A stretch of 64,000 nt of DNA from the NCBI RefSeq assembly GCF_036321535.1, contig NC_087444.1, positions 36,518,001 through 36,582,000 of the forward strand, given 5' to 3'. A program made the position numbers and the translations under genes. Shown here in pieces: positions 47,701-62,160 of this stretch. The notes under the pieces were generated by a model that worked only from the letters and a program-made list of their open reading frames with translations, searched no databases and was not told where the DNA came from. Positions within the stretch are counted from its first letter, which is position 1, and every line of letters starts with the position of its first letter. Source of the DNA: Camelus dromedarius (taxonomy: Eukaryota).

Positions 47701-50700
47701 TCAGTTTGGTCACCTGTTGAGAAGGTGGCTGTGTGGTCAGGGGCTGTCTCTGGAGCCCCGTGTGCAGCTAGTCACCGCAGGGGATGGAGGGGTCCTGGGT
47801 GGCCCCACCAGGACCTGGGAACATGAAAGGTAAACAAAGGAGGAGACTGGTCGTTCCAGAGTCCCGCAAAGTGCCAAAGCTCTCTCCTGTGGGGAAAGCC
47901 TGGCAGCCAAGGAGCAGGACTCTGCTGGCATTTGGGGCCACACCGAGCCAGTGCTGAGCCATAGATGAGAGCAGCACGTGGAGAGGGGGCTCAGTATGTC
48001 ATTCCAGGCAGAAGGGTGGAGAGAGCTAGGGGGTCACCTCAGTGCCAGAGGCCTCGAGGTCACCCCTGGGGTGGGGGTGGCAGGCATCCAGGGAGTTGGT
48101 TACCACATTACTCTCATTCACCTCACTCTGCAATGAGATCTTCTCCTCATTCTTTTTGTCAATGAGTTTTAGCAAATTCATCTTCTCTTTCTTCAACATG
48201 GAGATTTCGTATCTCTCCTCAGCCCTCATGGCCAGGATCCTCTCATTGCAGTCCTCATTCACAGTGACAAGCTTGGCCTTCAGGGGCTCCAGAGCCCGAA
48301 TCTTCTCCCTCTGGTGGGCTAAGCAGGGACAGGTGGGACAGTCCCTTTAGGGCCATGGAAGATAAATTGTCAGGAGACACTAATCCTGAGGTCACAGTGA
48401 GTGGCTATGTCCCTTGCAAACTCCAGGAGTCTATGCATAGCTGTTCAGAGCACAGTCCCTGCTTAAGGCCTTTCTGCACTTGCTTTTATTTTTATTTTAT
48501 TTTATTTATTTAAATTTTTTTGAGTTATAGTCATTTTACAATGTTGTATCAAATTGCAGTGTAGAGCACAATTTTTCAGTTATACATGAACATACCATAT
48601 ATTCATTGTCACATTTATTTTCACTGTGAGCTCTGCACTTGCTTTTAAACCTGGGACAGAGTCCAGATGAGGACTGGGGTCTCACCTATACCCTTTCCCC
48701 ATATGGCCTTTAGTTCTGCAGCTGCACCATGTGCAGCACCTGGTAAGCCTGGTGAGGGAAGCCTCCTCATCACTTCACAGAGGTACTCACTCCCTTCTAG
48801 GTTAACTCTTAATAGAAAAGGTGCTGTATTTCCTACTGATATTGCCCCATCATGCTTCTCAAGAATGGGAGGTGGTCAGTTGCCCTGGGGTGCCTTACGA
48901 TAGGACAGTGTAAACAAAAAGGCTGAGTGGGGCTTGGTGACCTCAAAGCCACTTTTGTAGCTGCCCCAGCCCTGTTGCAGAGCCCCAGAAAGGCAGAGTA
49001 GGATTCTCTGCCTCTTCTAGGCTGGGCCCAGGCAGGGAGGCTGCAGTCTTACCGAGCATCACTTCATATGCATTTTTGATGGAGGAGAGCAATGGCTTGT
49101 ATGTTTTGAAGTCCTCTATGAAGAATTCAAAGATCTCTCTGTAAGGCTGGCAAGAAAAGGGAAACTGTCACCTCCTGGCCTATAGCTACCACTCTCAGTA
49201 GGAACTAAGTTCTCCTTTGCTTGGCTTAGAAATGTTCTAACATGAAGCTGCCTGGTGACTCACATTCAAATAAATGCTCCAGGCACATCTGGGTCTGTCA
49301 CAGCCACAGAGTTGAGGGGCAGTTCTGTCTCACCTGCTCTCTGGAGACCTCTCCTGTTGCTGTTTCTGAGGCCTGGCAGATGACTTCAGTCAGTCTGCAT
49401 GAGCCCCCTATCTGGCCCTCCAGGCAGCCACTTCCTCCATGCACTGTGCTTCAGTTGGCCTCTTAACCAGCACCCCTCCCCATCTTACAGCCCTGTGGGG
49501 ACAGAGAAGATTGAAGGCTCTCGCCTTGCATTCCAGCCTCCAAGTAGAGGTGTGGTTTCCTGTCCCACTTGGACACACAGGAAGCGTTTGGAAGCAACAT
49601 TGTGTACTGGAATGAGCACAGGCTCCTGAATCAGCCCCGAGGTTGAATCCTAGCTTCCCTACTACATAGTTGGATGCCTTCTCTGAGCTTCTGCTTCCTG
49701 GTTGGTGAGGTTCCTTCAGCCCGTGAGACCCATCCAGGTCCTGGAACATAGACAATGCTCAGCAAATGCTTCTGTCAGTGACTAAGTCAGAAGTCAAGGA
49801 TTCCCCATTGCCATCTCTGAGCAGAGATTGGATGAGTCCCTCCCTAATATGCACCAGAATCTAGGTTACACCTAGATTTCTCTCTACGTGTCTGGCTAAG
49901 TTGCTCGAGCTTGGGGCTATTGTTACTGGGCTGGTGGACATTGTATGACCCCTGCTTGCCCAACTGCCAGGATTCAGGCTCCATTCACTAATGTCCAATG
50001 ACCCAAGGTGGGTGCTGTGGATCACAGAGCTGAAGGCACTGGAGACAGTATCCAGGCCACCTGACTCAGGTGAGAAAGTCTAAGCCTCAGGGGAGTTTTG
50101 GTTCCATATAGTTAGCCTTGCCTGTTCTCTGGGTTTGTCATAGAATATGTTTCTCTTACCAGGAGGGGAGCCCAAAAGAGCTGGGAGAGGCTGGTCTCTC
50201 CTGAAGGTCTGAAGTGCCCTGCCCTGGTGAGTAAGGTTTCCTCCCAGCCTTCCCCCCACCCTCCCCACAGTTATTCTGTGGCTCTGACCTGCAGCCTCAG
50301 CTCTTGGGCAGAATCCGTGCCCAGGTCCAGCAGGAGGAGCTCCTTGCGTAGGTAGTTCTCTAGTTGCTCCAGGTACCTTGGCTTGGTAGTGCCCAGGGGC
50401 TGCTGCTGCCAGCTACTGCAGGGGGTTGTGGGCTGAGATGTGATGGGCACCCTGCCAGGCCCTTGCACCCTGGGTCAGGGGTAGCACACACCCCTATGCT
50501 GTCTCTGGGCCCAATCCGTCCACCCCTGGGCTAAACCTAGCTTACCCCGCTCGCTTTTGGTAGTCATCTGAACAGGGCTTTCGATTATGCAGAATGGTCT
50601 GGTCACTGATATATGTGGGCCATGGGGACAGGTGGCTGCCAGTGGAGAACGAACCGGACTACAGGAAAGGACAGGTGGGGTTACCATGGCAACGCTGCTC

Positions 50701-53700
50701 TACTTCCTGATGCTCCTCTCCAGGCTTCTCCTTCCACTCCTTTTTCTACCCCCTCAACTTCTCAATATGGTTCATAACTAAGACTGTGGTCTCTAGAGTT
50801 AGAGAGGGATTAGATTAAATCCCAGATTTCCCTTATTAGCTAGCTGTGTGACCACAAGCTTAACTTCTCTGAGTCTCAGAAATGGGTATCTCTAAAATGG
50901 GGATGGTTGTAGTCCCCATTGCACTGTATTGATGTGAGGATGCAATGAGAAAGCATAAAGGGTAGTTTACATAGACTTGGGCACCTTTTAAGAGCTCAGT
51001 AAAGGTGATCTCTTTTTCCTTTCTGTAGGTGTGGGTGAGTATTGAATATCTGTGCTATGAAAACTGACATAAGTACCAATTGGGACCATCTCTTGCCCTC
51101 ACAACACAGTCCAGCTAGAGAGACAGAGATGGAGGAGGGCAGGCCCAGTCTCAAGCCAGATTGACACAGACAGGACTGCCGAGGTGCAGCAGGGTGAGCT
51201 GTGGACCCTGGGAGGAGACTGGGCTCTACCTCCTGGGGGAGGGGGAGGGGGTAGAAGCAGTGGGATCTCATTTTGAACCGTGAGCAGGGGTAGCGGGTAG
51301 AAGCGGTAGTATGTATGAGCTTGTTTTTTAACCTTGGCATTAAATAGTCAAGATGTAAGAAAAAAAAATGACTGCTGACCCAGTGAAGCCTATTTCTAGA
51401 GTTCATCTATTCAGTCATTAATTTGTTCATCAAATGTTTCTGGATCCATGGTACAAGTCAGCCCCTACTGGATTCTGGGATATGAGAGAAGCTGGGTATG
51501 ATGGAAGTGGGATGACAAGTGAATTGATAATCACAAGTCAGGAGGTAGTAACTGAAGCCAATGGAGGTCACAAGGGTTGGGGGCCCTGAATGGAGGGGGC
51601 CAGAGGAGACTGCTAATCTTAGGGGAGGAAGAGATGATGTCAGTGATTTCAGTAAAGCTTGAAATACTGCATGGGGGAGGCTGAGGTCACTCTGGGAGAG
51701 GATTATGTGTCAGGGAAAGTGAGGGATGCACAAAGTCTGCCTGGGTAGCATCCACACCTCAGGGAAACAGCAGGAGTTCTGAAGAGCCGTGAACAGGGGC
51801 CGATGCCCAAGGAGAGCAGGCCGGATGAGGTACAGTCTGGGCTGTCTGGGCTGGCCAGTGCAGAGGGGACAGAGATGGAATGGCAGCTTTATGCATAAGG
51901 GTGGTCCTCAAAGCCTTACTTATGGCTGTGAAAAAATTAGAAAATTCCTAAGTGTCTAAAAATAGAAAATTGTTATACAGCTGTGAAATGTTTACAAAGA
52001 GGTTTAACATGGAAATATACTAATGCTATAGCTGTAAGGGTTAAGTAAAGCCTGAAATTAGGGAATAAGCACAACCAGGTAAAATGAAAAGATGGAGGAA
52101 ATAATCCAAAAGGTTAATCCAATGATTATTATTCTCTATAAGATTCTCAAAGAATAAATAATGATTATTCTCTAACAATAAGGCCATGGATGCTTATTTT
52201 TCTCTAATTGTGCATTTTTCAAAATTTCCTACAAGGCACATATTACTTTGAAATTTAAAAGAATATTGAATTAGGAGGGAGGGTAGAGCTCAGTGGTAGA
52301 GTGTGTGCCTAGCATGCATAAGGTCATGGGTTCAATCCCCAGTACTTCCATTAAATAAATAAAAATAAAAAACACAAGGAAAAACTATGTAACTTGCATT
52401 TGCTGATATAATGCAATGAACATAAGAACTAATAATACAAATATACCTCTAAAACACTTAACCATTTATAGGTATTTAAAACTAAATTCGTATTTTTCCT
52501 GACCCATTACTTAAGGTAAAAATACAGCGTGCTTATAGAAATGCTAATGTTACATGTTCAAAATGTTTGGGAGATGATCAGAAAAACACTCACAAGGTAT
52601 TTAATTATTTAAAATCCTTTCACTCTTAGGAAAGAAAGCCTTAAGCCTCTGTTGCTTGAAAAGGAAAAAACTATCAATAATAAAAATTTTTAAAATAGGA
52701 AATAAAAGTAGAAATAGATAAACTGAACAAAATGAGAGAAGCCAAACTTAGAAATCAAGCTAGAAAAAGTTTTTCTGAAAGACTATCAAAAATGTATGTG
52801 ATTTTTATATTAGGGCAAAGTAACCCTAGAAGACAGCTGAGAAGTTGTCAAGCACTTAACCCTGGTGAATTAATGATAGGTTTTTCACATTTCAAAAGGC
52901 CAGTCCTCGTGTTCTGTTTGCCATTTCTGCCAAGAGAAATCGTGGTCACCGTACTTTGATTCCCAGGGATATGCTGCTTTCTTGGCCTGGTTATTAATGG
53001 CTGGTAAGACCTCCACAAGCCGGTGGCTGGAAGGAGCTGTTCCTGGGACCTCCAGGCTCTCTGCTTTCCCCTGCAGGTGAAAACTGGAAGGGCGGCCCTG
53101 GGGGTGGGGGAGTTTGGGGACGGCGGGAGGAAACATCGCCCTCTGGTGGTTGAGAACGGTGTCGCTGCTGCCGGGCTCAAGAAAGGGAGTGACAGCCCAG
53201 CTCCAAGTCCACTAGATAGATGGCCTCTGAGGAGGGTGGGGTGTGGGCGCCTCAAGTAATCGGGTCTTGTGGGACCGTGGCTGCGCCTGGTCTCCACAAA
53301 GAGTCCACACTAACCCTGCCTGAAGTTAGGGTCCCCATGTTGGAAGTCCTCAGTCTTCCAAAGTGTGTAGCCCATGTATCCCCAAATCCTCCACACAAGA
53401 CACACTCACACAAGGAAAATCACCACAGCCCACAGTTCTCCACTGTGAGCCTGAGTTATAAGTTTGCTCAAATGTGATTTTTCATCTGTAAGATTTGAAC
53501 AGTGGCTGCTTGCTGATTAAATAATCATGATCATATCAACAAAATCCCCTCAATACTTAATAAGACAGTGTGATTTTTTATATAAAAACTTTAAAGAACA
53601 GGAATGGAGGGAGAACCTGTCCTAAGGCTGGTAAAGAGTCTCTACTTCTAATGCAGGGCCAACAACACAATGGAGGAACATCCTTTACTGCTGTGCTTAC

Positions 53701-56700
53701 ACACCTACTCACAGCATTTATGGTGAACATACGCCAGCCACTCAAGTACCACATCAGGCACTATGGCTGTAAAGACAAAAAGATACAGTCATATAGCTCT
53801 GAAGGACCATGGAAGATCTGGTGGAACCATCCTAGCACCTAGCACAGTGCCTGGCACATGGCAGGCTGGATGAAAAAATGTCCACTCCAGAATGCTGCAT
53901 TGCTGTGGAAGGTTATTAGTGGGCAGGGGCTGAGTCCCTTACTGCTTAGGGAGGTCTGGGAAGGCTTCTTAGGTGAGATGTGGCAAGTGTGCACACTCTC
54001 ACCCCAGCACCTGTAGCCTCTGAGCTACACTCCCCTGACTGGGGAGAAGCCACTTGGTGGGGCATGTTTCAGGTGGACGATGCTTTTGGGGCTGCAGAGA
54101 GTGAGGCAGAAAGGATCTGGGGACCAAATCTGAGGGTTCCAACAAAACATTGCCACTAACCAGTGTCTTCCGTTTTTGAGAAAGCTTGCGTTTCTGAGTA
54201 CTCTTGGTTTCTGTGAGGAGAGAATCATCTATGGTCACTCCTAAAGGCCGCAGGTGTGTTCTGCACAGGAAAGAGGAAGGAAGTGGTGGGTGACAGTCCT
54301 GAGTGGGGAGAGCACTTCCACCCTTCCCAGATCCACAAGACATGGCCTCCTTTCCCCTCAGAGCAAGGCTTTGTGTCTTCCCAGTGCTGCCTCCATATTC
54401 CCAGAGATGCTGCCAACAAGCTCCTGGCTCTGAGCTCAAACCATTTTTCTTCATTCCCAGAAACCTTCTCCCCGTCACCAGAGTCTCACCAACTCCTGTA
54501 GTGGTGGGACACCCTCACCACGCACCCAGAGAACCCTGTGGGTCTACACTTCCATTCAGTGTTCAGCTGTGGCTGTGATGTCAGTTTCATGCATGTGACT
54601 GGCACATTCTGGGGTTGTGATACCAGTCAGGTGTGAAGGCAGGCGCTGTAGGACAAGAAGCACAGGGTCTGGGGTCCAAGAGCTAGGGTGAGAGTCTCGA
54701 CCCTCTACTCACTGGCTGATAGGGCCCAGAGGCTGACACCTGTGGTTCCAATAGGAACCCTCTTGGGCAAATCATTTGACCTCTCTCAGTCTAGTTTCCT
54801 CATAAGGAAATGGAGTCAATTCTTGCTTTTTCTATCTCACAAAGCTATTGTGAAGTTTAAATAAGAGTAAAAGAGAAGTAAAAACAGCCTGTAAACTGCA
54901 AGGAGCTGCAGAGTTGTTAATTATGACAGCAGGATGAGAGAAAAGTGGATCATAAGGAGGTCTTTAACTCCTTGGCTTCTTGAGAGAGCCATCCTTGCTC
55001 AAGCTAGGAAGGCATTTGGAGGTCAAAAGGGCGGGCTGCATGTGGGCAGGCAGACCCCAGTGGAACAAAAGGAAGAAGTAATCCCAGCAATCCTTGGCAG
55101 GGGTGGGTAGGGGTGATTTATGCTGTCAGGCAGACTTGTGTCTTCATTCCCTTTGCTAGCTGGTGACCTTGGGCATGTTGTTTAACCTCCTGAGCCTCAA
55201 ATTTCTTTGTCCATAAAAGTGAGACTAGGACTACCCAAACTCCAGGGAAGGTGAGAGCAGGAACATGAACCCAATTGGGAAACCCTGTCCTGCAGGATTC
55301 CTCAGTCCTACTTCATGGAGCAGTGATACCCCAAACTCCAGTCCTCGGTTGTCTCTAAATCGAACAAATGTAAGCAAACCATGTCAAATAAGTAGCTGGT
55401 GTGGAAAACCAGACGTTTTTGCCCAGACGTTCATCATGGGTTTGAGACAGGATGCAACAGATCAATCTGTCTGCTCACTGGGTTAAATCATACCTTCCTG
55501 TCAAGACCAGTCAATTTTCCAAACTATTCTTTTTGTTCCTGCTGGGACTACTACATGAGGCAAGGTAAACAAGAAAACTATGAAGAAATCTACAAATCCT
55601 GAGAAATTGTCAAGTGGAAAATCTCAGTAGGTAACATGTTAGTTTTAAGTGTCAAAGAAGAGTCCTAAATAATAACTTTAAGAATAATTGGTAGTGTCTA
55701 TATACTTATCCAAAAAGCATAGGAGGCTTCTTTAGTATTATATTAAATATATTACACCAATTCTCAGAGAGGAATGGAAAGCAGGTATCTATATTTCTAC
55801 TTCAAAGGTGGAGAAAAGTCAGTTATTTAACTGATGGCAGGCAGTGGGTTTGACGGGTATGTCCTGGTACTGAGTGAAGTCAAGATGCTGAGTTCCATCC
55901 ACAGACCTACTGTGCCAGGAATGTGAGGTTGAAAGGAGAAATCCAGTGGGGAGGAGAAACCTGCCCCAGGAAAATGCACAATTCAAAGTTCCCTTTTGGA
56001 GGGTCCTGCTGACATATGTATCATGCTGAAATATCCTTCATCATCCTGGCCCTGCTCTAAGGGGAGCTGGAGGCGGACATGCATACTATGCCTCTAAGGG
56101 AAGCAGTGAGCTTGGCCCAGTGTACTATACATCACTAAATACTGGTGAATGAAGAATATGGGCAGGAATGATGTTTTGTACTGCCACCAAATTCAGCTTC
56201 AGCAATTACATTATGCTTTTTACTTACATTATGCTTCTTTCTTAATTTTTTTTAAACTTCTTACTCTTTTTTTTAAATTAATTTTGGGGGGGGGTAATTA
56301 GGTTTATTTATTTTTAGAGGAGTTACTGGGGATTGAACCCAGGACCTTGTACATGCTAAGCATGTGCTCTAGCACATGAGCTATATCCTCCCCTCCTATG
56401 CTTCCTTCTTTAAATACATGAGGATTCTCTTTCTGAGTCTTTTTCACATCCCTTTCAAACATGACTGTAATTTCCTAAATCATTCCTGTGTTGGGTAACA
56501 ACACTCTTTCTCAAGACTGCTGTCTGAGTTTTGTAGATTAATTTTAGCTCTGGATAAAATAATCAAGCTGGCATTTAATTTGCTGATTTTTGTGGGCATT
56601 CTCTGTCAAGGCAGCAGATCCTGGGGAATTAGAGTTTAGGTGATATCAAGGGTTATTTTGTTCTTTTTTGGGGGGGTAGTTGGGTTTATTTATTTTTATT

Positions 56701-57568
56701 TATTAATGGAGGTACTGGGGATTGAACCCAGGAACAACTTGAAACACTTACTGAACACCTGTTACATGCAAGAACTGTCATGAGAGCTTCATATATGTCG
56801 CCTGAATATTCCCAACAATGTGAGGTGAGGTTTGTGTTTGAGATATGGAAACAGAGGCCCAGAACTTAAAGGGCCTTCTCTGAACTCCCAGAGCTGGAAA
56901 GGTATTTAGCCAAAATTTTTGTTTTAATATGTATACTTTGTGGCTTTCCTGGCTAATAGAGCTTGTAATCATATTTGCTTCACCCCTGAATACAGGCAGG
57001 ACCTACTTTGAGCCATGGGGTGTGCCTGGGCTGCTTGGAGATTCTTCTTTGTCAAAAACAAAGTGGGTGAAGAGACTGTGTATGCTTGTGGCTAAAAGCT
57101 TAGGTTAAGGAGTCTCACATGGCTGGGTTCAAATCCTAGCTCCAACACGTATAAACATGTGTAAAATACGATGGCTCCAGGCTTCTATTTCTTCATTTGT
57201 AAAATGGTGATATTACTACCTCATAGAGTTGATGTGAGGGTTAAATGTGTTATATAAAGCAATTGGCACATAATTACACGCTCAATACAAACAGGCTGGC
57301 TGTTAATAATGAAAAAGTGCGCCTGCCCTTGCGCTAGAATGTAACGTCCTCCCTGGGCGGAGAAGTCATCTGGGATTCTGTTTCGGCACCGATGACCCCG
57401 CAGGGCTGGAGCCCCAGACGAATGGACAGAGGCAGGAGGTGCAGAACTGCGAATCAGGTACCATTTCTCTTTCTGGAAGTACCAAGCCCTCCTCTCCGCC
57501 CTCAGCCCGGCCAGCGCCTACCTCGATGTGGTCGTGAAGCTGAGATGCTCTGGCTTCAGGGAGGCCAT
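44764..57568 (-). CDS. TSNAXIP1: Translin-associated factor X-interacting protein 1, 712 aa
   Basis: 16 exons: 57522-57568, 54161-54260, 50546-50658, 50289-50415, 49053-49146, 48122-48318, 47578-47713, 46985-47154, 46754-46913, 46547-46677, 46261-46386, 45971-46123, 45752-45861, 45416-45542, 45214-45320, 44764-45004 (2139 nt, phases consistent). MASLKPEHLSFTTTSRTHLRPLGVTIDDSLL..YLEQLENYLRKELLLLDLGTDSAQELRLQPYREIFEFFIEDFKTYKPLL..GPREQEPAT*. Exons 1-2 are slightly less certain than 3-16. Confidence 0.92.
48489..48631 (-). mobile_element. 5'-truncated L1-like 3' end with polyA tail and perfect 16-bp TSD, TSNAXIP1 intron 5
   Basis: TSD TCTGCACTTGCTTTTA at 48473-48488 and 48632-48647. T-rich tail then ttgagttatagtcattttacaatgttgtatcaaattgcagtgtagagcac.., resembling laurasiatherian L1 3' ends. 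Confidence 0.85.
50680..50693. promoter_or_regulatory. Perfect RFX X-box GTTACCATGGCAAC in TSNAXIP1 intron 2, about 22 nt from exon 3
   Basis: Exact match to the GTNRCC-N(0-3)-RGYAAC consensus. Confidence 0.7.
50790..51010 (+). mobile_element. MIR fragment
   Basis: ctagctgtgtgaccacaagcttaacttctctgagtctcag..taaaatggggatg..tgtgaggatgcaatgag. Confidence 0.6.
51400..51900 (-). mobile_element. L2 fragment
   Basis: ttcatctattcagtcattaatttgttcatcaaatgtttc.. is a typical reversed L2 3' end; boundaries approximate. Confidence 0.45.
52273..52372 (+). mobile_element. tRNA-derived SINE (Vic-1-like), TSNAXIP1 intron 2
   Basis: agctcagtggtagag..gggttcaatccccagtacttccattaaataaata. Confidence 0.85.
53137..53149 (-). 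promoter_or_regulatory. CTCF core motif CCACCAGAGGGCG in a CpG-retaining intronic patch
   Basis: cgccctctggtgg on +; near-consensus CTCF core. Confidence 0.55.
54660..54870 (+). mobile_element. MIR fragment
   Basis: ttgggcaaatcatttgacctctctcagtctagtttcctcataaggaaatgg. Confidence 0.55.
56244..56395 (-). mobile_element. tRNA-derived SINE (Vic-1-like), TSNAXIP1 intron 1
   Basis: A/B boxes on the - strand; near-perfect TSD TATGCTTCTTTCTT (56230-56243) / TATGCTTCCTTCTT (56397-56410). Confidence 0.88.
56661..56732 (-). mobile_element. 5'-truncated tRNA-derived SINE copy
   Basis: Only the B-box half (tcctgggttcaatccccagtacctccatt) and tail are present. Confidence 0.75.
57090..57300 (+). mobile_element. 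MIR
   Basis: ctgggttcaaatcctagctcc..tttcttcatttgtaaaatggtgatattactacctcatagagttgatgtgagggttaaatg. Confidence 0.7.
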
Positions 57569-59297
<1,729 letters not shown>

Positions 59298-61869
59298 TAA
59301 GCTCCTCCTGACCACCTTCTTTCCTCCAACACTGAGCTATTCCCTGTAGTCAGAATTTGAGGTCTCCTGGTTGATACTTGTGACTGGTGTGAGCTGATGA
59401 ACTGCATGGGTCTGGGTTGCAAAGGGTTGAATTAGTGAGTGCCTCTGTTACCTGGCTATGGTCATGGCCTAGTCTATAAAGCAGCCTTTCATGGCAAGTA
59501 GGTACATTGTGGTGGGATCAGGGGCTGAGTGGAGGGTGATTCTCTTTTTTGGGAGGGGAGTGCTTCTCCTTAGTGATAATGTAGTGAAATACCTGGCTTC
59601 AAGGTCAGGGAAACAAGTAACAAGTTTACATTAACAATTCAGTGCCTAGAATGGAGTCCCACCACTGTTGTGTGGAGTTTGTGACTTCCCTCTTCTTTCA
59701 CACTCTTGCTGCATTCAAGGTTCTTTTTTATGGCATTTAGTCATATAGAGGCCCCTGAAGGCTTCAAAGGGATAGTAGAGTCTTTGCATCATTCATCAAA
59801 GTTGTAGCAGCCACTGGCCTGTCATCTTGGAGTAAACAGCATGCACATGGTTAGAATCAGGTGACCTTGCTACTCATAAACTTGTTTTTCAGTCCGGGGA
59901 CTTGAACACCAGTTGGACCAGCTTTAGAAAGATCCTCATTAAAGTCAGCATTAGGGAGGCTCCCTATTTTAGGGTGATCTAAGCAGACACAGGAAATCAG
60001 AGGGGGAGATTTTTCATTTTTCTTCCTGTTCTTCTCCCAGTCTCCTTCTTTTTTCTGGTGATTGTCACAAAGCAGGTGTTTAAGCTATGAAATAATATAT
60101 ATTTCAACTGCCTTGGAAAGGCTTTCCTCATCAGACCTTAGATCTGGTTTGGGAAGTTTTCCAATCCCGCCAGTGACTTTCGTGCCAACCCTGAATATGT
60201 GTTCTTGAGCATTCAGGATAATTCCTCTCTCCTAGGGACTGTCCCCCTTGTGGTACACGCAAAATGCCTGGACAGGGGGCTAGACTGGGGGCAGGACTGC
60301 TGGGGTCAGAGCTTTGCCTGCTTCCTCAGTGAAGTATCATCTCTGCCTCGGAGGGCTATGTGGTTGTGGGTAGATCATGGGGCTTTGAGCTCCTTGTCTG
60401 TACTGTGGGGACCTAGGCCAGCATCTAAGCTGTCTTTAACCCCAGAATTCTATGATTCTGAAATTTTGATCATGGCAAGCTGTTGGCATCTTTCACTTTT
60501 ATTCCCATCTAGTGCATTTACAGATAGGAAGCTTATGTTATTGGAGGGCTTTAAAGCTTTGATTTTCCCTTTTCACTGTCTGATAAAAGCACATATATTT
60601 AATGTGCTTGAAGAAGTATGAAAGAGAATGGCCTCTTAAAACAAAACACACACTGCCAAAATAGTTACAGTATAGTTCAGTATAGACTGAAATGTTGGTG
60701 CTGTAGTCTCATATTGTCAGAGACTGAGGGGCATTTCTTAAACTTGTAGGGAGGAAATAGATTATTTTCTCTATAGTCCTTAACCACAGATAACAGCTGA
60801 GCTAGTGAAAAAGGAGAACAGTTTTTCAGAAGGGGAGTGTTCAAATGTAGAAACCCGGGTTCCTTCACCTGGCTTTTCACATTTCAGTTGTAAGTGGATC
60901 TTGCTGGAAAAAGCCCTGTGTGTTGTTAGATTGGCTTACTATAGGGGCTGCCTGCAAATCTAAAGAAAGTTGGGCATCATCTCCCAGCTTTCCCAGTATT
61001 TTTACATGTGGTAAATATAGCCGTAAAGCTGACCTGGAAACCTCAGTTTTAGGAAGATCTTAGGTCATGTATGCCTGTGGTGGTCTGCATCAGTTGACCA
61101 CTGTCAGAGGGAAAGTGTATGAATGTCCCCTTATGGCCTTTTTATGGAATCCCTGAAAGCTTTCTCGTGGCTAGGATATAGCCAAATGTTGCTTTGGGCC
61201 AGGTATGGTTTTGAGGAGGCCAAGGGCTGTTCCAGGGCAGACAACCATCGGCTTATTTCCTGTTTCCTGTCAATGTTGGAGGCGTGTTTCTGACCTGGGT
61301 TTGGTCCATGACCCAGGTGTTAACCGGTTGTGTAGCTTTCCTGTATTATATGGTTCAGTCCTCATGGCATCTCTGTAAAGTCACTGATGCAGATGATGAT
61401 GTACCTGTTTTGTGGGTGAACCCTGAGTCCTGGAATGTGTGGTGACCTGCCCTGGTTGTGGGGCTTAGGGTGTGCAGTGAAGTAGCTAACTCATCAGATA
61501 CATTCGCCTGATCCCAGACACTTGTGTCCATGCTGCTGCTGCCTTTCTCCATCTCATTCCTCTCCTGGGTAGAGTGAAGGAATGTCCAGTTGGATTCTTA
61601 GGGGATCATAGTGTTCTTAGGGGACAGAACTGAAAGATGCTTCGTGCTGAGTGGGGCCAGAGAAGTGTGGCATCCTCTGGACTGGGCTTGATTGACTTAC
61701 AATCCCACTGAATCTGTAAACTTGTTTTTCTGTAGATTTGAATATAGGCCTCCTTTGTAAAAGGTGTTTATGGACCCAGTTGTCAGTGTCATTGTTTTCC
61801 AAAAATTCCTTTGTTCTGATGATGTCTTTTGTTGAAAAACACACTAAGCTTGTCCAATTAGAAAGATTT

Positions 61870-62160
61870 CATTTCAAGGGTTGTATTTATTCATACCTAC
61901 TATGTGCCAGGCCCATGCTGGGTGCAGAGAGAACAGAGGTAAAGCCTACAGGGGCCAGTCTTGTCCTCAGAGAGCCTATGGCATACTTAATAGAGAGTGG
62001 ACTGAAAGGCTCTCTGCAAGAGGAGGCAGAGCCTGGGCACAGTTTTGAAGGATGAGTAGGAGTTTCCCGGCAAGTGAGACCTGTTGGACCTAAAATGCGT
62101 CTGGTCAGTAACTGGCTTGATGTCTGGGTGCTGGGCTTTCTGGGCACTCCTCACATATAA
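61870..62160 (-). mobile_element. L2 fragment in RANBP10 intron 2
   Basis: tatttattcatacctactatgtgccaggcccatgctgggtgc.. is a typical reversed L2 3' end. Confidence 0.55.
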
